A stretch of DNA of 64,000 bases, taken from Basidiobolus meristosporus CBS 931.73. Its lineage: Eukaryota; Fungi; Basidiobolomycota. Position numbers and translations under genes: made by a program. Shown here piece after piece: positions 36,293 through 48,404 of the stretch. The stretch lies in the NCBI GenBank assembly GCA_002104905.1, contig MCFE01000512.1, forward strand, positions 1 through 64,000. The letters run 5' to 3'. The notes beneath the pieces are model-generated. The model saw only the letters and a list, made by a program, of their open reading frames with translations, was not told the DNA's origin and ran no database searches. The first letter of the stretch is position 1; every line of letters starts with the position of its first letter.

Positions 36293-36332
36293 TTTTTTTT
36301 GTTGAACTCCATTACATTCAGCTGATTAGAAG

Positions 36333-39300
36333 ATGTCCTCAGCAGCAAGCAATCCAAACCTTTCCATGTTGGAAGAAGCCAGAAGAAATCAGGAAGAACT
36401 TACTGAACAGCTTGAAAACATCATGCTTGAAAGAAACACCATGATGCTTGAGCACTCAAAGCTTACCAAAACAAGATCTGATAATCACTGTAGAGATGAA
36501 CTCCTTGAAGTTATATCCAGTTACCAAGATGAAATTGGAATAATTAAGGAAGCATTGGAGAATATTGCCAGAGTAATTGACAGCATTGAAAATCCGCCAA
36601 GCCTTGCTCTGCATCAGCCACCAAGAAGTCATGCCTTTGAATCCTCCAGATCTACATCTCCTTCTAGACCTGCCCTGGTGGTTGTCCCAAGATCCTTGCT
36701 TGTTTATGCTGAAGGCACCAGTGCCATCAAGAATCCAACTGAGTTTCATTACAAGTTTAGTCACATCTTAGCTGCACACCAGCTAGACCCTGACACCAAC
36801 TGGGCTAGACTTCTGCCTCTCTGTCTCACAATGCAAGATGCTGACTGGGTTGAAGTGAACATTCCTTCCAATAGTAAGTGGAAAATTGCCCAAAACCTCT
36901 TTTGCAGCCATTTTGAGGATCCTCTCAAGAAAGCACATCTGAACTGCAACTTATGGAAAACTAAAATGTGAAAAGGTGAATCTGTGCAACACTTCTGTGA
37001 TAGATTCCAAAGACAAATGAGATTAGCTGGAGTTAGTGATGATAATCCATTGCTTACTGCTCATTTTCTTTCAAACTTTTCACACCAGCTACAGAGCAAT
37101 ATTGCTATTGTCAAAGCATGCAACCCTGCATGAACCTATGACCAGATCTCAGAGATATGTACACTGGCAATCACCTAGACTGCAGCTGTTAGCCAGACTT
37201 CAGGCAACTCAAACCAAGATCCCACAACAGCCAAAAAGAGACCAGCCATGTGACCAAGAAGCAGTCAACCGCTACCAAGCACTGTGAGCTTCATGGAAAA
37301 TGCTATCATTCTACCAGTGAATGCAAAGGCATCACCAAGCAGTCAAACAAGTCAGGAAACACCTCAGAAAAGCAGCAAAACACCAAAACTAATAATCCAT
37401 ATGCTGATGACAAGTGCTTTAAATGTGGAAATATGGGACATAGATTGCCTGCCTGTCCTGAAAAGAACTCCACACCATCAGCCAAAATTACCCAGATCCT
37501 TGACAATCATTCAGCCAATGATATAATGGGGTATGAAGAAGCATATGAAGAACTTACAGTTCAAGATTATCACAACCTCTTTGAGTTTCCGGCTAAAATT
37601 GCAACTGTTCAAGAAAAGAAGCAACCAATCACACAGCTCAAAGCCATAGAAGTGCCGCTCACCCTCAATGGCCAATCATATGTAGCACTACTGGATACTG
37701 GATCATCCAACTCTATTGTATCACCCAATGTAGTCAGAGATCTCAATTTAGAGATAGAAAAACAACCAGGAAAAATCATTCTTGCAGCTAAGGATCTCTC
37801 AGCCCCAAGAATTGGCATTACCAACCCAATCAACATACATTGTGGCTCAGTAACCATAGTCCATTAGATAGAAGTTATTGACATACCAGATGGATCTCAG
37901 GTAGTCATTGGTCTGGACACCTTCACCAAACTTGGCTTTCACATAGGCGGACTACCAGTTTCCTATCCAGGAATCACTAAATCTCAGCCGCTCATGATGG
38001 ATCAAATCCCAGAGATTATCTCATCCCAACCAGAAGAAGAATAGTTAACCCCAACTTTTCAAGAATATTCTCAATCAGTCAAATTGGATATTCAGCCGGC
38101 CATAGAGAGAAATCAGGCCATTCCAAGGAAGAGCTTCTGCACCATCCCAGAATCCATTGTTACACTAGAGACCCCACCTGGTGAGTCAACATGGAGGAGG
38201 CAATACCCAATTCCGCATTCATGTCAACACTTAGTTGATGAGATAGTCCAAAAATGGGCTGACAATGGAATTATCACTCAAGCCCCTGTCAACACAACAT
38301 TCAATAGCCCTTTGACGCTTGCACCAAAGAAAGATGCTGATGGAAATCTAACCCTGAAGTGACCCTGTTTGGACCCCAGACCTCTGAACAAGCTTCTCCA
38401 AGATGACAAGTTTCCAGTTCCAGGAATCCAGGATATCTTTTCCACACTATCAGGGGCAAAAGTATTCTCCAAGTTGGACTTGAAGGATGCATATCACCAA
38501 TTCCAGATCCATCCTGATCATCAGCATAAGACTGCCTTTACTTGGAATAATATGCAATGGATGTTTTAGGGAGCTCCCTTTGGCCTAAAGACACTTACCA
38601 GCAAGTCTCAGAGAGTCATGACTATAATACTCAAGAATGCACCATACGCATTGGTATTTGTTGATGATGTCATCATAATTTCCACTAACCGTGATGATCA
38701 TGCAGCCCATGTCACCTATGTAATCAACAGACTGACAACTGCTGGACTGATTCTCAATGCTGAAAGGTGCAGTTTTGCCCGCCTCAAAATCAATCTACTT
38801 GGATTTATAGTCACACCAGCTGGCCACCAATTAGATCCTTTCAAACTGGTCAATATCCCAGAATGGCCAAAACCCACTAGCGCCAAGCAACTTCAACATT
38901 ATCTCGGAGTATTCAACTATTTCAGGGAACACATACCACTCATGTTCTCATTGAGTGCCCCTTTAGATGCATTACGCCATAACCCTGATCTCACCTCAGC
39001 CTGGAACAAGACTCATGACCTAGTCTTTGAGTCATTCTGCCAACTGCTTCCACAAGCACCCACCTTATCCTACCCAGACTTTACTAAGCCCTTTGTTGTT
39101 GCTACAGATGCATCTAATGTTGGGTTAGGGGCAGTCCTCTATCAAGATGAAGACCAAAATCTGCCTCACTGGATCTCTTTCCAAGCCAGGTCCCTACAAC
39201 CTGCTGAGAGAAACTACTCTGCTACCAAGAAGGAGCTACTTGCCATAGTATTTGCCTTGAAGAAGTTTCATCAGTATCTATGGGGTAAGCCTTTTACCTT

Positions 39301-40816
39301 GTACACTGACCACCAAGCCCTTGTCTTTATCCACTCTCAGAAGACTCTGACTCCAATGCTTACCAACTGGCTTGATACTCTACTTGATTATGAATATAGA
39401 GTTATTCATTGCCCAGGAATTCTCAACATCCTTCCTGACCACCTGTCAAGACTTTTTCCAACATCACCTTGGGAGGGACATGTGATTACTGATGTAATCA
39501 GTAAATTCTCTACAACTTCCAAAATAATTCCTCAGCTGGATTCAGCAACTTGGAAAATCCCACCTGAAGAACAAAGGAAAACATTGATACAGAGGAGTCA
39601 TTTACTTGGCCACTTTGGAGCGGACAAACTTATGAAGAAGCTACACTCTGATGGATATCACTGGCCAAATATCAAAGTTGACTGCTTAGAATTTGTCAAG
39701 TTGTGCAGAGAATGTCAACTTTACAATATCAGCCACCATGGATTTCACCCTCTGAGCCCCATCCATGCAAGCCTTCCTATGGATCATATTACAATTGATC
39801 TAGCTGGACCTTTCACCACTAGTGATGATGGTAATCACTACCTCTTTATAATTGTGGATGTCTGCACACGTTTTGTCTTCCTCAAAGCTATCCCAGACAA
39901 GTATGCTGCCACTATTGCACAAGAACTATTCAAGCTCTTCTGCCTTTTTGGACTCCCTAAGGTCATTCAATTGGATAATGGAACAGAATTTGTGAATCAC
40001 GTGATCAAAGCCCTTTGCCAGAATAGCACCATTGATCACCATCTGATCACTCCATATCATCCCAAAGCTAATGGACTGGCTGAAAGACATGTTCAGACCT
40101 CAGTGAGCATCACCAGGAAATCTATCAAAGGTATCAAGAAGAATTGGGACAAGTACACTCCAACTGTACAGTATACTATCAACACCAAAATTGCCGCTCT
40201 ACATGGATCAACACCATTTTCCTTGATGTTTGGAAGAAGATACAACCACTTTGGAGACCATCAGAATACAGAGTTAGAAAGTTTGAATACAGATAAGCTA
40301 AAGAACCGGCTTGAGTACCTTACCAACATTGTCTACCCTGCTATCAGTGCCAGAAGTAAGGCCTCTCAGCAAAAGATGACTTCAATGTATGCCTCAAGAC
40401 ACAGGAACAGCAGCTTCCCAGATGGGTCATATGTCATGACACTAGATCAAATCCGGCAATCTAAGCTTGACCCTAAGTATGAAGGACCATTCAAGGTTGT
40501 CAGATGCACCACTGGAGGATCTTATGTACTTCAGGATAACACTGGAGCACTGCTACCCAAAAACTTTCCACCTTCTTCACTCAAACTTATTTCTCAAGAC
40601 CCAGTAACTTTGGAATCCTATAAAGTTGAATCTATTGTGGACCATGATGGAGAAGAACCAAATAGCCTTTATTTAGTCAAGTGGAAAGGCTATGATGCCA
40701 AACACAACACCTGGGAACCTTACACCAACTTTGATGATGTTGCCATTATTGATCAGTATTGGAGCCGCAGAGGAACCCAGAAGGTATCAAAAAACTCCTC
40801 TTCCGGAAGGAAATGA
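36333..40816 (+). pseudogene. gag-pol (Gag, Zn knuckle, aspartic protease, RT, RNase H, integrase, chromodomain) with nonsense codons and one frameshift
   Basis: CFKCGNMGHRLPAC knuckle; ALLDTGSS protease; SKLDLKDAYHQ, GAPFGL and FVDD in RT; TDAS and LYTDH in RNase H; HxxxHxG..CxxC and DNGTEF/NGLAER in integrase; YKVESIV..YLVKWKGY..NTWEP chromodomain. Stops at 36969, about 37128, 37865, 38042, 38360 and 38567; 1-nt frameshift near 37172. Confidence 0.95.
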
Positions 40817-41513
40817 TGTTGTGTATCAACATTTAAAACTTAGCCAAATTTACTCTGTTTGAAACTCTAGTACCCTAACTGATTTTCCCTAACCTAAACA
40901 TAACAAATCCCAGTTACAGTTTATTTTATCCCACCTCAGAATCTATTTTTAGCTATCACACCTGATCTATTTTCAAATGGTCATTATGTTATCAACCTAT
41001 CTGCCAAGCCTTCCTAGGTGATTAGTCATCTGAGATCTATCCAACCACTATGCAGTTGCCAAGACATCAGTTGATTGATGATGTAATTTTCATTTATCTT
41101 ATGCACCTATGAACACCCAAATTGATTTCAATCAATCTAGTCCCTTGGCGCTTACTAATTCAACTAGATCAGAAAAGTATAAATAAAGTTTACTGAACCT
41201 TTTGGTTTAGTGTGTGTGTCAACAAAATTTAGATTCTGTCTCAGAAAAAATAAGAATCCAACAATTCTGTTCTAGTTTCTATCCAAGCCTAGTATATCTA
41301 GCAGTCCAAAGAACACCAAGCCTAGCCTGCCTAGCAAACAAATATCATTGTCTTTATAGCCAACCCAGCTATATCCAAGACCAATATTAGATCAGAATCT
41401 TTCTGCTAATATTTCCACCACTTGCTGACAATTCTAAGATTCTGCACTTAATTGTCCCTTTGGTTCAGTTAAACCATTCAAGAGTTTTATTACACTTTCT
41501 CTTGGATACAACA
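40817..41513 (+). repeat. 3' LTR
   Basis: TGTTGTGTATCAACA...GATACAACA. Confidence 0.95.
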
Positions 41514-42139
41514 GGAATACATTTGTTGAGCTTTACACTGTTGACAGCAACAGTATCAAAGCTAGCCCTTTGCCATATGTAGCCAGCCTCATTATGCCTT
41601 AAGAAGAATACTTGTGCAAGTCTCATCAAAAGACCATCACAGAATTTAAATCCTGTCACCAAGTGGCATTGATGCTGTCTGAACACTTTGCAAAAGCTAT
41701 TAGAGAAAAACTGCACCTTACATTTCACAAAAATCTGCCTGGTGTCTGGGCCCTGAATAGTGGCTTGATGAAACCCTGCATATTTATGATAATACACAAT
41801 TCTAATTTTGTGGAGACACTCATTGTACCATTGGCTTAAAGGACTATAGCTACCTTTGTTATTACAGGAGATTGGTTGGTGATAAGAGAATGAATTATCA
41901 ACCAAAATAACCCTAAAGAGTACTTGAAGTCATAAAGAAAATTAGTAGGCTCATATGTTATTCTCTTACAGGTTTAAATATTGAGAGTAAAGTGTTTCTG
42001 GCTTGCATCAGTGGGGAGCAAAGCCTGTATCTTATGCCATGATAGGTCTAATAAACATGTAAGCAAAGTAAAGGATCAGGGTGGTGTCAGGTATTCATAT
42101 TGCAGTAACTTAACTAGCAGAATACTGAATTGGCAACTT

Positions 42140-42930
42140 AATAGAAGTATTGCCAAAACCTGAGCTCTATATTGGCAAGAGTACTGCCAAAATATGCACT
42201 TCATATTACAAGTATACTGTTGCAACCTTAACCCTGGATTGCAAGACAATTGTCCATATATGCACCACAGGTTTCCAAGAGCTCTACCACAGCCCAGAAC
42301 CCAGGTTTACATGAGTATTGACACAGCCTGGTCCTCAGGTGTCTGTGAGAATTGGCACAACCTACACCAGAGGTTTACAAGAGTATTGCCACATCATGGA
42401 CCTCAGGCCCACAAGAGTATTGCCACAATTTGGACCCCAGGCTTACTGGAGTATTGCTGCAGTTTGGATGCATATTTACAAACGTATTGCCGCAGCCTTA
42501 ATATCTGTTCAACAATAATACTACCTTCACTTGTGCTCAAATCTCACAAGAGTACTACCCCAGCAGGGACTGCAAGCCAACAAGTGTATCAACTCAACCT
42601 GAACTCCAGGATAGCCACAGTATAACCTCAGCCTGGATTCCAGATTATTTAGAGTAAAGCCTCAACCAGTAATCCTAGTTAGTAAGAGTATCACCGCTGC
42701 ATAAACTCTAGACTAATTAGTGTATCAGCACTACCTGGACTACAGATTCAAAAGTATATTGCATTAAACTGGTCACCAGGTTGCATCAGTAAGAGTACTG
42801 TATCATTGTGGCCACTAGGATAACTGGTGTATTTGCACAATATAGACCCCAGGTTGACTGTAAAACTATAGTAGCTTGTATGCAGCTTTACTGGACCTTG
42901 ACTACAGGTTAACTGGAGTATCACCTCAAC
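42140..42930. repeat. Degenerate 33-34-bp tandem repeat (roughly 20 or more units)
   Basis: The best-preserved units are AAGAGTATTGCCACATCATGGACCTCAGGCCCAC and AAGAGTATTGCCACAATTTGGACCCCAGGCTTAC; the AGTATTG/AGTACT phase recurs every ~34 nt. Confidence 0.65.
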
Positions 42931-44671
42931 CCAGACTCCATGTTATGCAGTGTACTGATACAACCTGTCCAGTAGCCACTGAATGCCCACAGGCAGGTGA
43001 CTGAAATTCACCATGCCAATTTTTTTTGACAGCAGCCACTGGCTTACAACAGAAATGTAACCAAAAAAATCTAGTCAATTTTTTCACAATTGACCCTGAC
43101 AGCAGCCACTTGTTGCCCACAGACATGTGAGTGCAATTCACCATGCTAATGTTTGTTCTGACAGCAGTCACTGGTTGCCCACAGGCATGTGACTAACAGC
43201 AATTAATTTATTAATAACTCTGGCAGCTGCTAATGGTTGCCTATACACATGTGACGGATATTCACCATGCTAATATTCTCTCTGCCAGCAGCCACTAGTT
43301 TCCAGCAGATGTCTGGCCAAAATTATTTAGTCAGGTTTCTCACTGTTGATTCTGACAGCATCCACTGGTTGCCCATAGACATGTGATCATAAGAATATTT
43401 AGTTAATTCTTGCACTGTAAACTATGACAGCAGCCACTGGTTACCCACAGGTAGGTGACCAAACATTTAGTTAGATTAGTGTGTACTCCAACTGCCGCCA
43501 CTGGATGTGTATAGACATGTGACCAAAAATATTTAGTCAATTTTTTTGCTGCTCACTCCAACAGCAACCACTAGATGCCTACAGACAAGTGAGTGAAACT
43601 CATTGTAATAATTTTCTTTTGAAAGCAGTCACTGGTTGCCCACAGATGTGTGACCAGGAAAACATATAGTTAAATTTCCCACTGCTGACCCTGACAGCAG
43701 CCCCTGGATGCCCACAGACACGTGAGGGAAATTAACCAAGCCCATTTTTTTTAACAGCAGCTCCTGGTTACCCACAGACATGTGGCCAAAGCATTAGTCA
43801 ATTTTCACATTGTTGACCCCTGTCAGCTGCCACTGATTGCCCAAAGTGACTAACATCCATCATACCAATTTTCTTTATGATAGGAGCCACTGGTTTCCCA
43901 CAAACATGTGACCAATATCATTTAGTTAATAGACTTGTTCCATTGTACTGTGCCAGGGTGTGCAGCGCAATCCACGGTTGTAAAGAACAATTGGGCGCAA
44001 TATTATAGCTACCAGAAGGCAGGATTGTTCTTGGACAATTTTGCACTATGCGGGACAATCTTGCACACTATGGCACAATCTGACACGATGAGGTTGGCAC
44101 GGATGAATGCGCCAACTCGTAATGTTTGCATCATGTGCGCAATCAGATACTGCTATTATGGCAGGTAAAATCCGGTATTTGGATATGTTTCTTTAATGTA
44201 AATGGAAATAAATGTGTATCACACTATAAACTACACTGATACTTACCATTTTAGCTACCCTCACTCCAATTGGACGGTATCTCAGTAGTTAACTGGTCAA
44301 AAGTATCCTGAAGCTGGCAGCCCCCAATTGGCTCATTGACTACTGAAAAAGCTACCTGATTTGCCATCAAATATCCCATTTTGCCCATTGAGCAAGTAAA
44401 TCCCTGATCCTAGTGATTGGACAAGGTGTCATAGCTAGCATACAAGCGGTTGTGTAGGTACAAAACAGATCCAATAGCTGCACTGGTATTACAGATGATG
44501 TATATATATGCAGGGTGTTTATTTATAGGGGTTCTGTCTCAAATCTGAGATGACCTTGATATTACTTATATCAAAAATTTGATGATCACTGATTTGCAAT
44601 GGCTCAATTTGGATTGCAAAAAAAAGGGTTGTTGGGATCATTACAAATGTGAGCAATTCAAAGCAATTGCA

Positions 44672-45900
44672 TCATCTTCTCCTGGGTTTTTTTCTCACAG
44701 GGATTACTACTGAAGCATTTGGTAGTGACTCACTTTGCACGCCTATACTACTTCCTGGCTGACTATCATCTTGGCTACTTGTGTATTTGTAGTCAGCACT
44801 TTGCCTCCTAGTTGATGAGTGCAATGCTGCAGCTTGGCTGCGCTGAATTGCTCCAACTGAACTAACTGAACCAGCCTTTAGTGCCATGCGCTGACGTGCT
44901 CTTTTACTTGCCATGGGCTCTGGTGGTTGAGGCACTTCATGTTGGTCATCATTGGTCAGTTCACCAGAAGTAACTTGCTGATGGTCAGGCATAATGGCAC
45001 GTGCAGGTGCGCCTTGACGCGTTGAGATGGCCCTTAGCTGAGTTCCATGTGATGCCGCTTATTGATGCTACTTGGTCCGCTCCAATGGACTTGTGTCTAA
45101 ATGAGCAGATTGGTGAGTTCTTGTAGTTTTGCTCTGAAGCAGGCGCATTGACCCAATGCGCGTTGACTTGATGCGGGGTGTTCTGGTAAAGGATGTTGGC
45201 ATGGTCTGGACTGACATGCACTGGCGTGCTGTGGTTGCAAGAGATGGTAGGGAATCTAGCAAGGCGTGCTGGCGCAATCTAGACAATGTTGCTTGCGGTC
45301 TGTATTCTTCCTTCTGAAGCTCACCATCTGATTCCTCAAGGTATTCACTTACCCTCTGTCTGATACTTTGGAGCTGTTGCCTGGATGAGTCCTGTGTATA
45401 TTGCTCTTGGAAGCCACTTAGCTCTACTAATATATCATGTAGTATATTATTCATTTGAGGCAAAAACTCATTCAAAATTTCTTTGGTTTTCAAAGTTGAG
45501 GCACAAATGGACGCATCTGGCCCATACTGTGCAAATTGCGTGCAAAATTGTTCCTGCATGGCTTCTTTGTCAAATCCCCTCACTCTCAGCTCATTCTTGA
45601 TTTCAATACTTGTTTTGTTATATATCTTTTTACATACATTGGCTGGCATCTTGATGTAGAACTAATGCCACAGCTTTCTACTCAAATTCTTCCATCTTTG
45701 TTGACTCTCTGAGGTATCTAGTTCTGCTAGATTAATCAGTAGTACCCAAATATCTGTATAAAGGCTCATCATAGACACTTGGGCCATACTAAAATCATTT
45801 GGCAAGAGCTTGAATGGATCTGACATCAACTTTTCTGGTCCAGACCATGCTTGTGAGGTGGGGGGATGGGTTTTGTCTGGGTTGTACTAAAGATGAATTG
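44672..45900 (-). pseudogene. Accessory ORF of the PHIS element, Myb/SANT-like N-terminus and C-terminal basic NLS-like end
   Basis: ORFs 45068-45649 and 44672-44992 are in one frame, separated by TAG and TAA. The upstream frame reads RWKNLSRKLWH*FYIKMPANVCKKIY (W..L...L..CK..Y pattern) and the ORF ends VRKKPRRR. The Myb call is pattern-based only. Confidence 0.6.
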
Positions 45901-46279
45901 AGGCTTGGTATGGGGACCATAGCAACAGATTTGGATACTTATACAGCAGTATATTGGCATCAACCTGGTCTTATATGAAATCTACATGAAAACTAATGGG
46001 ATTGTTGAATTTTCCATATATTATGCATGATGCATCTTGAATTGTATTGACACAGATCAGATCACATCAATTGCAGATTTCCTATTTGATTATAGACCTA
46101 TGATTAAAGCATCAATAAAAGTACCAAGGCATTGTTTGCAGATGATTTTTGCAACATAATGATGGGATACATGGCAATTGATGGAGATTTAACCATAATG
46201 TATTAAAGATCAGATAAATAACGCAGATTGTGCCAAATTGATTAAAACTGCCTTTATATGATCATCCATCAATTTTAAT

Positions 46280-47163
46280 ATGACTTACTCATCTGAATGG
46301 TCTTTTCTCTTCAATCCCATCATTACCACTGGATTTCCTTTTGAAACACTAGAGGAGATCTATTCCAATTACTGTGGACCATCAACTCCAATCTACTCAA
46401 GGAGATCCCTTGTTAAGCTTCTCTGCTATTACAAGAACTATTGCCCTACAAGGTTTCATCCCACCATCCATGGCAACAAAAGTCCTAGAAGCTTACATTC
46501 CCAGCTGACATCAATGGAGAACCACCTTGCAGAGGGTATGAATGACTTAGAGCAAGCTTGAAATACTAGGTTCAGAAGCTCCAATAGCTTCCATATCCCA
46601 GAGTATTCAGCAACAGGTTCCATATCAGGAGTATTTTGGATACCTTCCCAGTGAGGATTAACAGACCTTCTAGAGGGCAGAGGCACACTTATTCTGGCAA
46701 GTACAAGGCACACTGTCTGAAGTTTCAAGCACTGTCTGACATTGAGGGTAACATCATCTGGTTTAGTGGGCCATTTGCTGGAAGTAGGCATGACAAAGCA
46801 CTCTGGGTAGAGAATCATCCTGAATTATGTAGAGGAGAGAAAGGTATGGCAGACTTAGCCTATATAGAAGAGGATTGTCAGAGATTAGGATGTATTACAG
46901 CTTATAGGAAGCCAAGGAATGATGTGCTTAGCAGGAAGCAGAAGCTCTACAATGAGATATCTAATCATTTCAGAGTAAGGGTAGAGCACACATTTGGATA
47001 TCTGAAGAGATTCAGCATACTGGCAGATAAATACAGAGGAAAGTCATATATAGGAGAAAACAGCAGAATAGGTAAAATAGTTAAGATACTAATTAATGCA
47101 CAGTGTGTTTATACAAGAAGACATCCACTGAGAGAAATGTGTCTGGAGCATTATGAAGAATAA
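46280..47163 (+). pseudogene. DDE_Tnp_4-type transposase (Harbinger/ISL2EU-like)
   Basis: GVLDTFPVRINRP..Q..YSGKYKAHCLKFQ..GPFAGSRHD..MADLAY..RVRVEHTFGYLKRFSIL. One TGA at 46559 and a frameshift near 46635. Confidence 0.9.
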
Positions 47164-47671
47164 ATAAAGCAAGGAAAGCACTATTCTGAGCAACAAAAGT
47201 AAGATTGAGTAAAATTACCAGTAACTGTATCATACCACTGGCATCACGGTAGAGATTATAGTGCCAGGTGGTGCCGTAGAGTACCAGATCAATCCGACAC
47301 CATAAACAGGCTGGCACTATGTGGCACTATCCAATGGAACAAGTCTAATTTTCTCACTGTTGATTTTGACAGCAGCCACTTGTTGCACACAGATATGTGA
47401 CTAAGAACCATTAGCTAATTTTCTCACTGTTGATTCTGATAGTAGCCTCTGAACATCTGTATACATGTGACTGAAATCACTTAATTAATTTTCAAATCTG
47501 ACAGCAGCTGCTGGATGACCAAAGATATGTGACTGCAATTGACCATGCCAATTCTGTTTCTGACAGCAAATACTGACTATCCACAGATATGTGATCAAAT
47601 GCATCTAGTTTCTTTTCTCACTGTTGATTGTGACAGCAGCCATTGGTTGCCCACAGATATGTGACCACAAT

Positions 47672-48404
47672 AGACTTGTTCTGGTGGATAGTGCCACATT
47701 GAGGCATGAGTGCCAAATGATGCCATAGTGTGCCAGAGAGGCCAAGTGAGCATATACTTGGCCACAGAGTGTGAAACAAAGATCTGCATCTTCATGCAAA
47801 GCAGCCCCTGTGTTTCACTCATTGTGATAGAGAAAATCCATTTTTTGATGTTTGTTTGTGGATTAATATTGTGCAGGATGTATAAGAGCACTAAAGAATT
47901 GAAGATATGCATCTGGTACTCAATACCTGTGGCACTCCAAATCTAGCTCCTGTGGCTTGTAACATGTCACAAAAATGCATAGCACTATCTTGGTCCACTG
48001 GTACTATCTGGCACTATAAGTGCATTGTATTGATCTTACTTTAGTACTTATATTTAAATATAGTGCCGGATAGTACCAGTAGACCAAGATAGTGCCATGC
48101 ATTTTTGTAACATGTTACAAGCCACAGGAGCTAGATTCAGAGTGCCATGGGTATTGAGTACCAGATGCATGTCTTCAATACTTTTGTGCACTTGCACATC
48201 TTCTACAACATTCACCTAAAAAAAAGGTCACAAAATGGATTTTCTCCATCACAATGAGTGAAACACAGGGGCTGCTTTGCATGAAGATGCAGAGCTGTGC
48301 TGCACACTCTGTGGCCAAGTGTTGGCTCACTTGGCCTCCCTGGCACACTATGGAATCATTTGGCACTTGTGGCTCAATGTGGCCCTATCCAATGGAACAA
48401 GTCT
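47672..48404. mobile_element. Foldback MITE of the same family (733 bp, ~346-bp inverted arms)
   Basis: Ends AGACTTGTTC...GAACAAGTCT with AAT on both sides. Arms 47672-48018 and 48059-48404 are reverse complements. Confidence 0.88.

Larger units (their letters stand above)
35596..41513 (+). mobile_element. Full-length Ty3/Gypsy chromovirus-type LTR retrotransposon (5918 bp), inactivated
   Basis: Two 697-bp LTRs, TSD GGAAT (35591-35595 and 41514-41518), purine tract GGAAGGAAATGA before the 3' LTR, and gag-protease-RT-RNaseH-integrase-chromodomain order. Confidence 0.97.
43931..47346 (+). mobile_element. PIF/Harbinger-like (PHIS superfamily) DNA transposon, two divergent ORFs, inactivated
   Basis: 15-bp TIR AGACTTGTTCCATTG (43931-43945 and 47332-47346). 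AAT flanks both ends, and the empty site GTTAATTTTC matches the satellite linker. Confidence 0.88.

Noticed and set aside
34950-41905. Possible minus-strand gene interrupted by the Gypsy insertion (ORF 41465-41905 plus the left flank)
   Set aside because: Rejoined flanks give partly open frames but no recognisable motif. CpG-depleted, so likely old TE debris.
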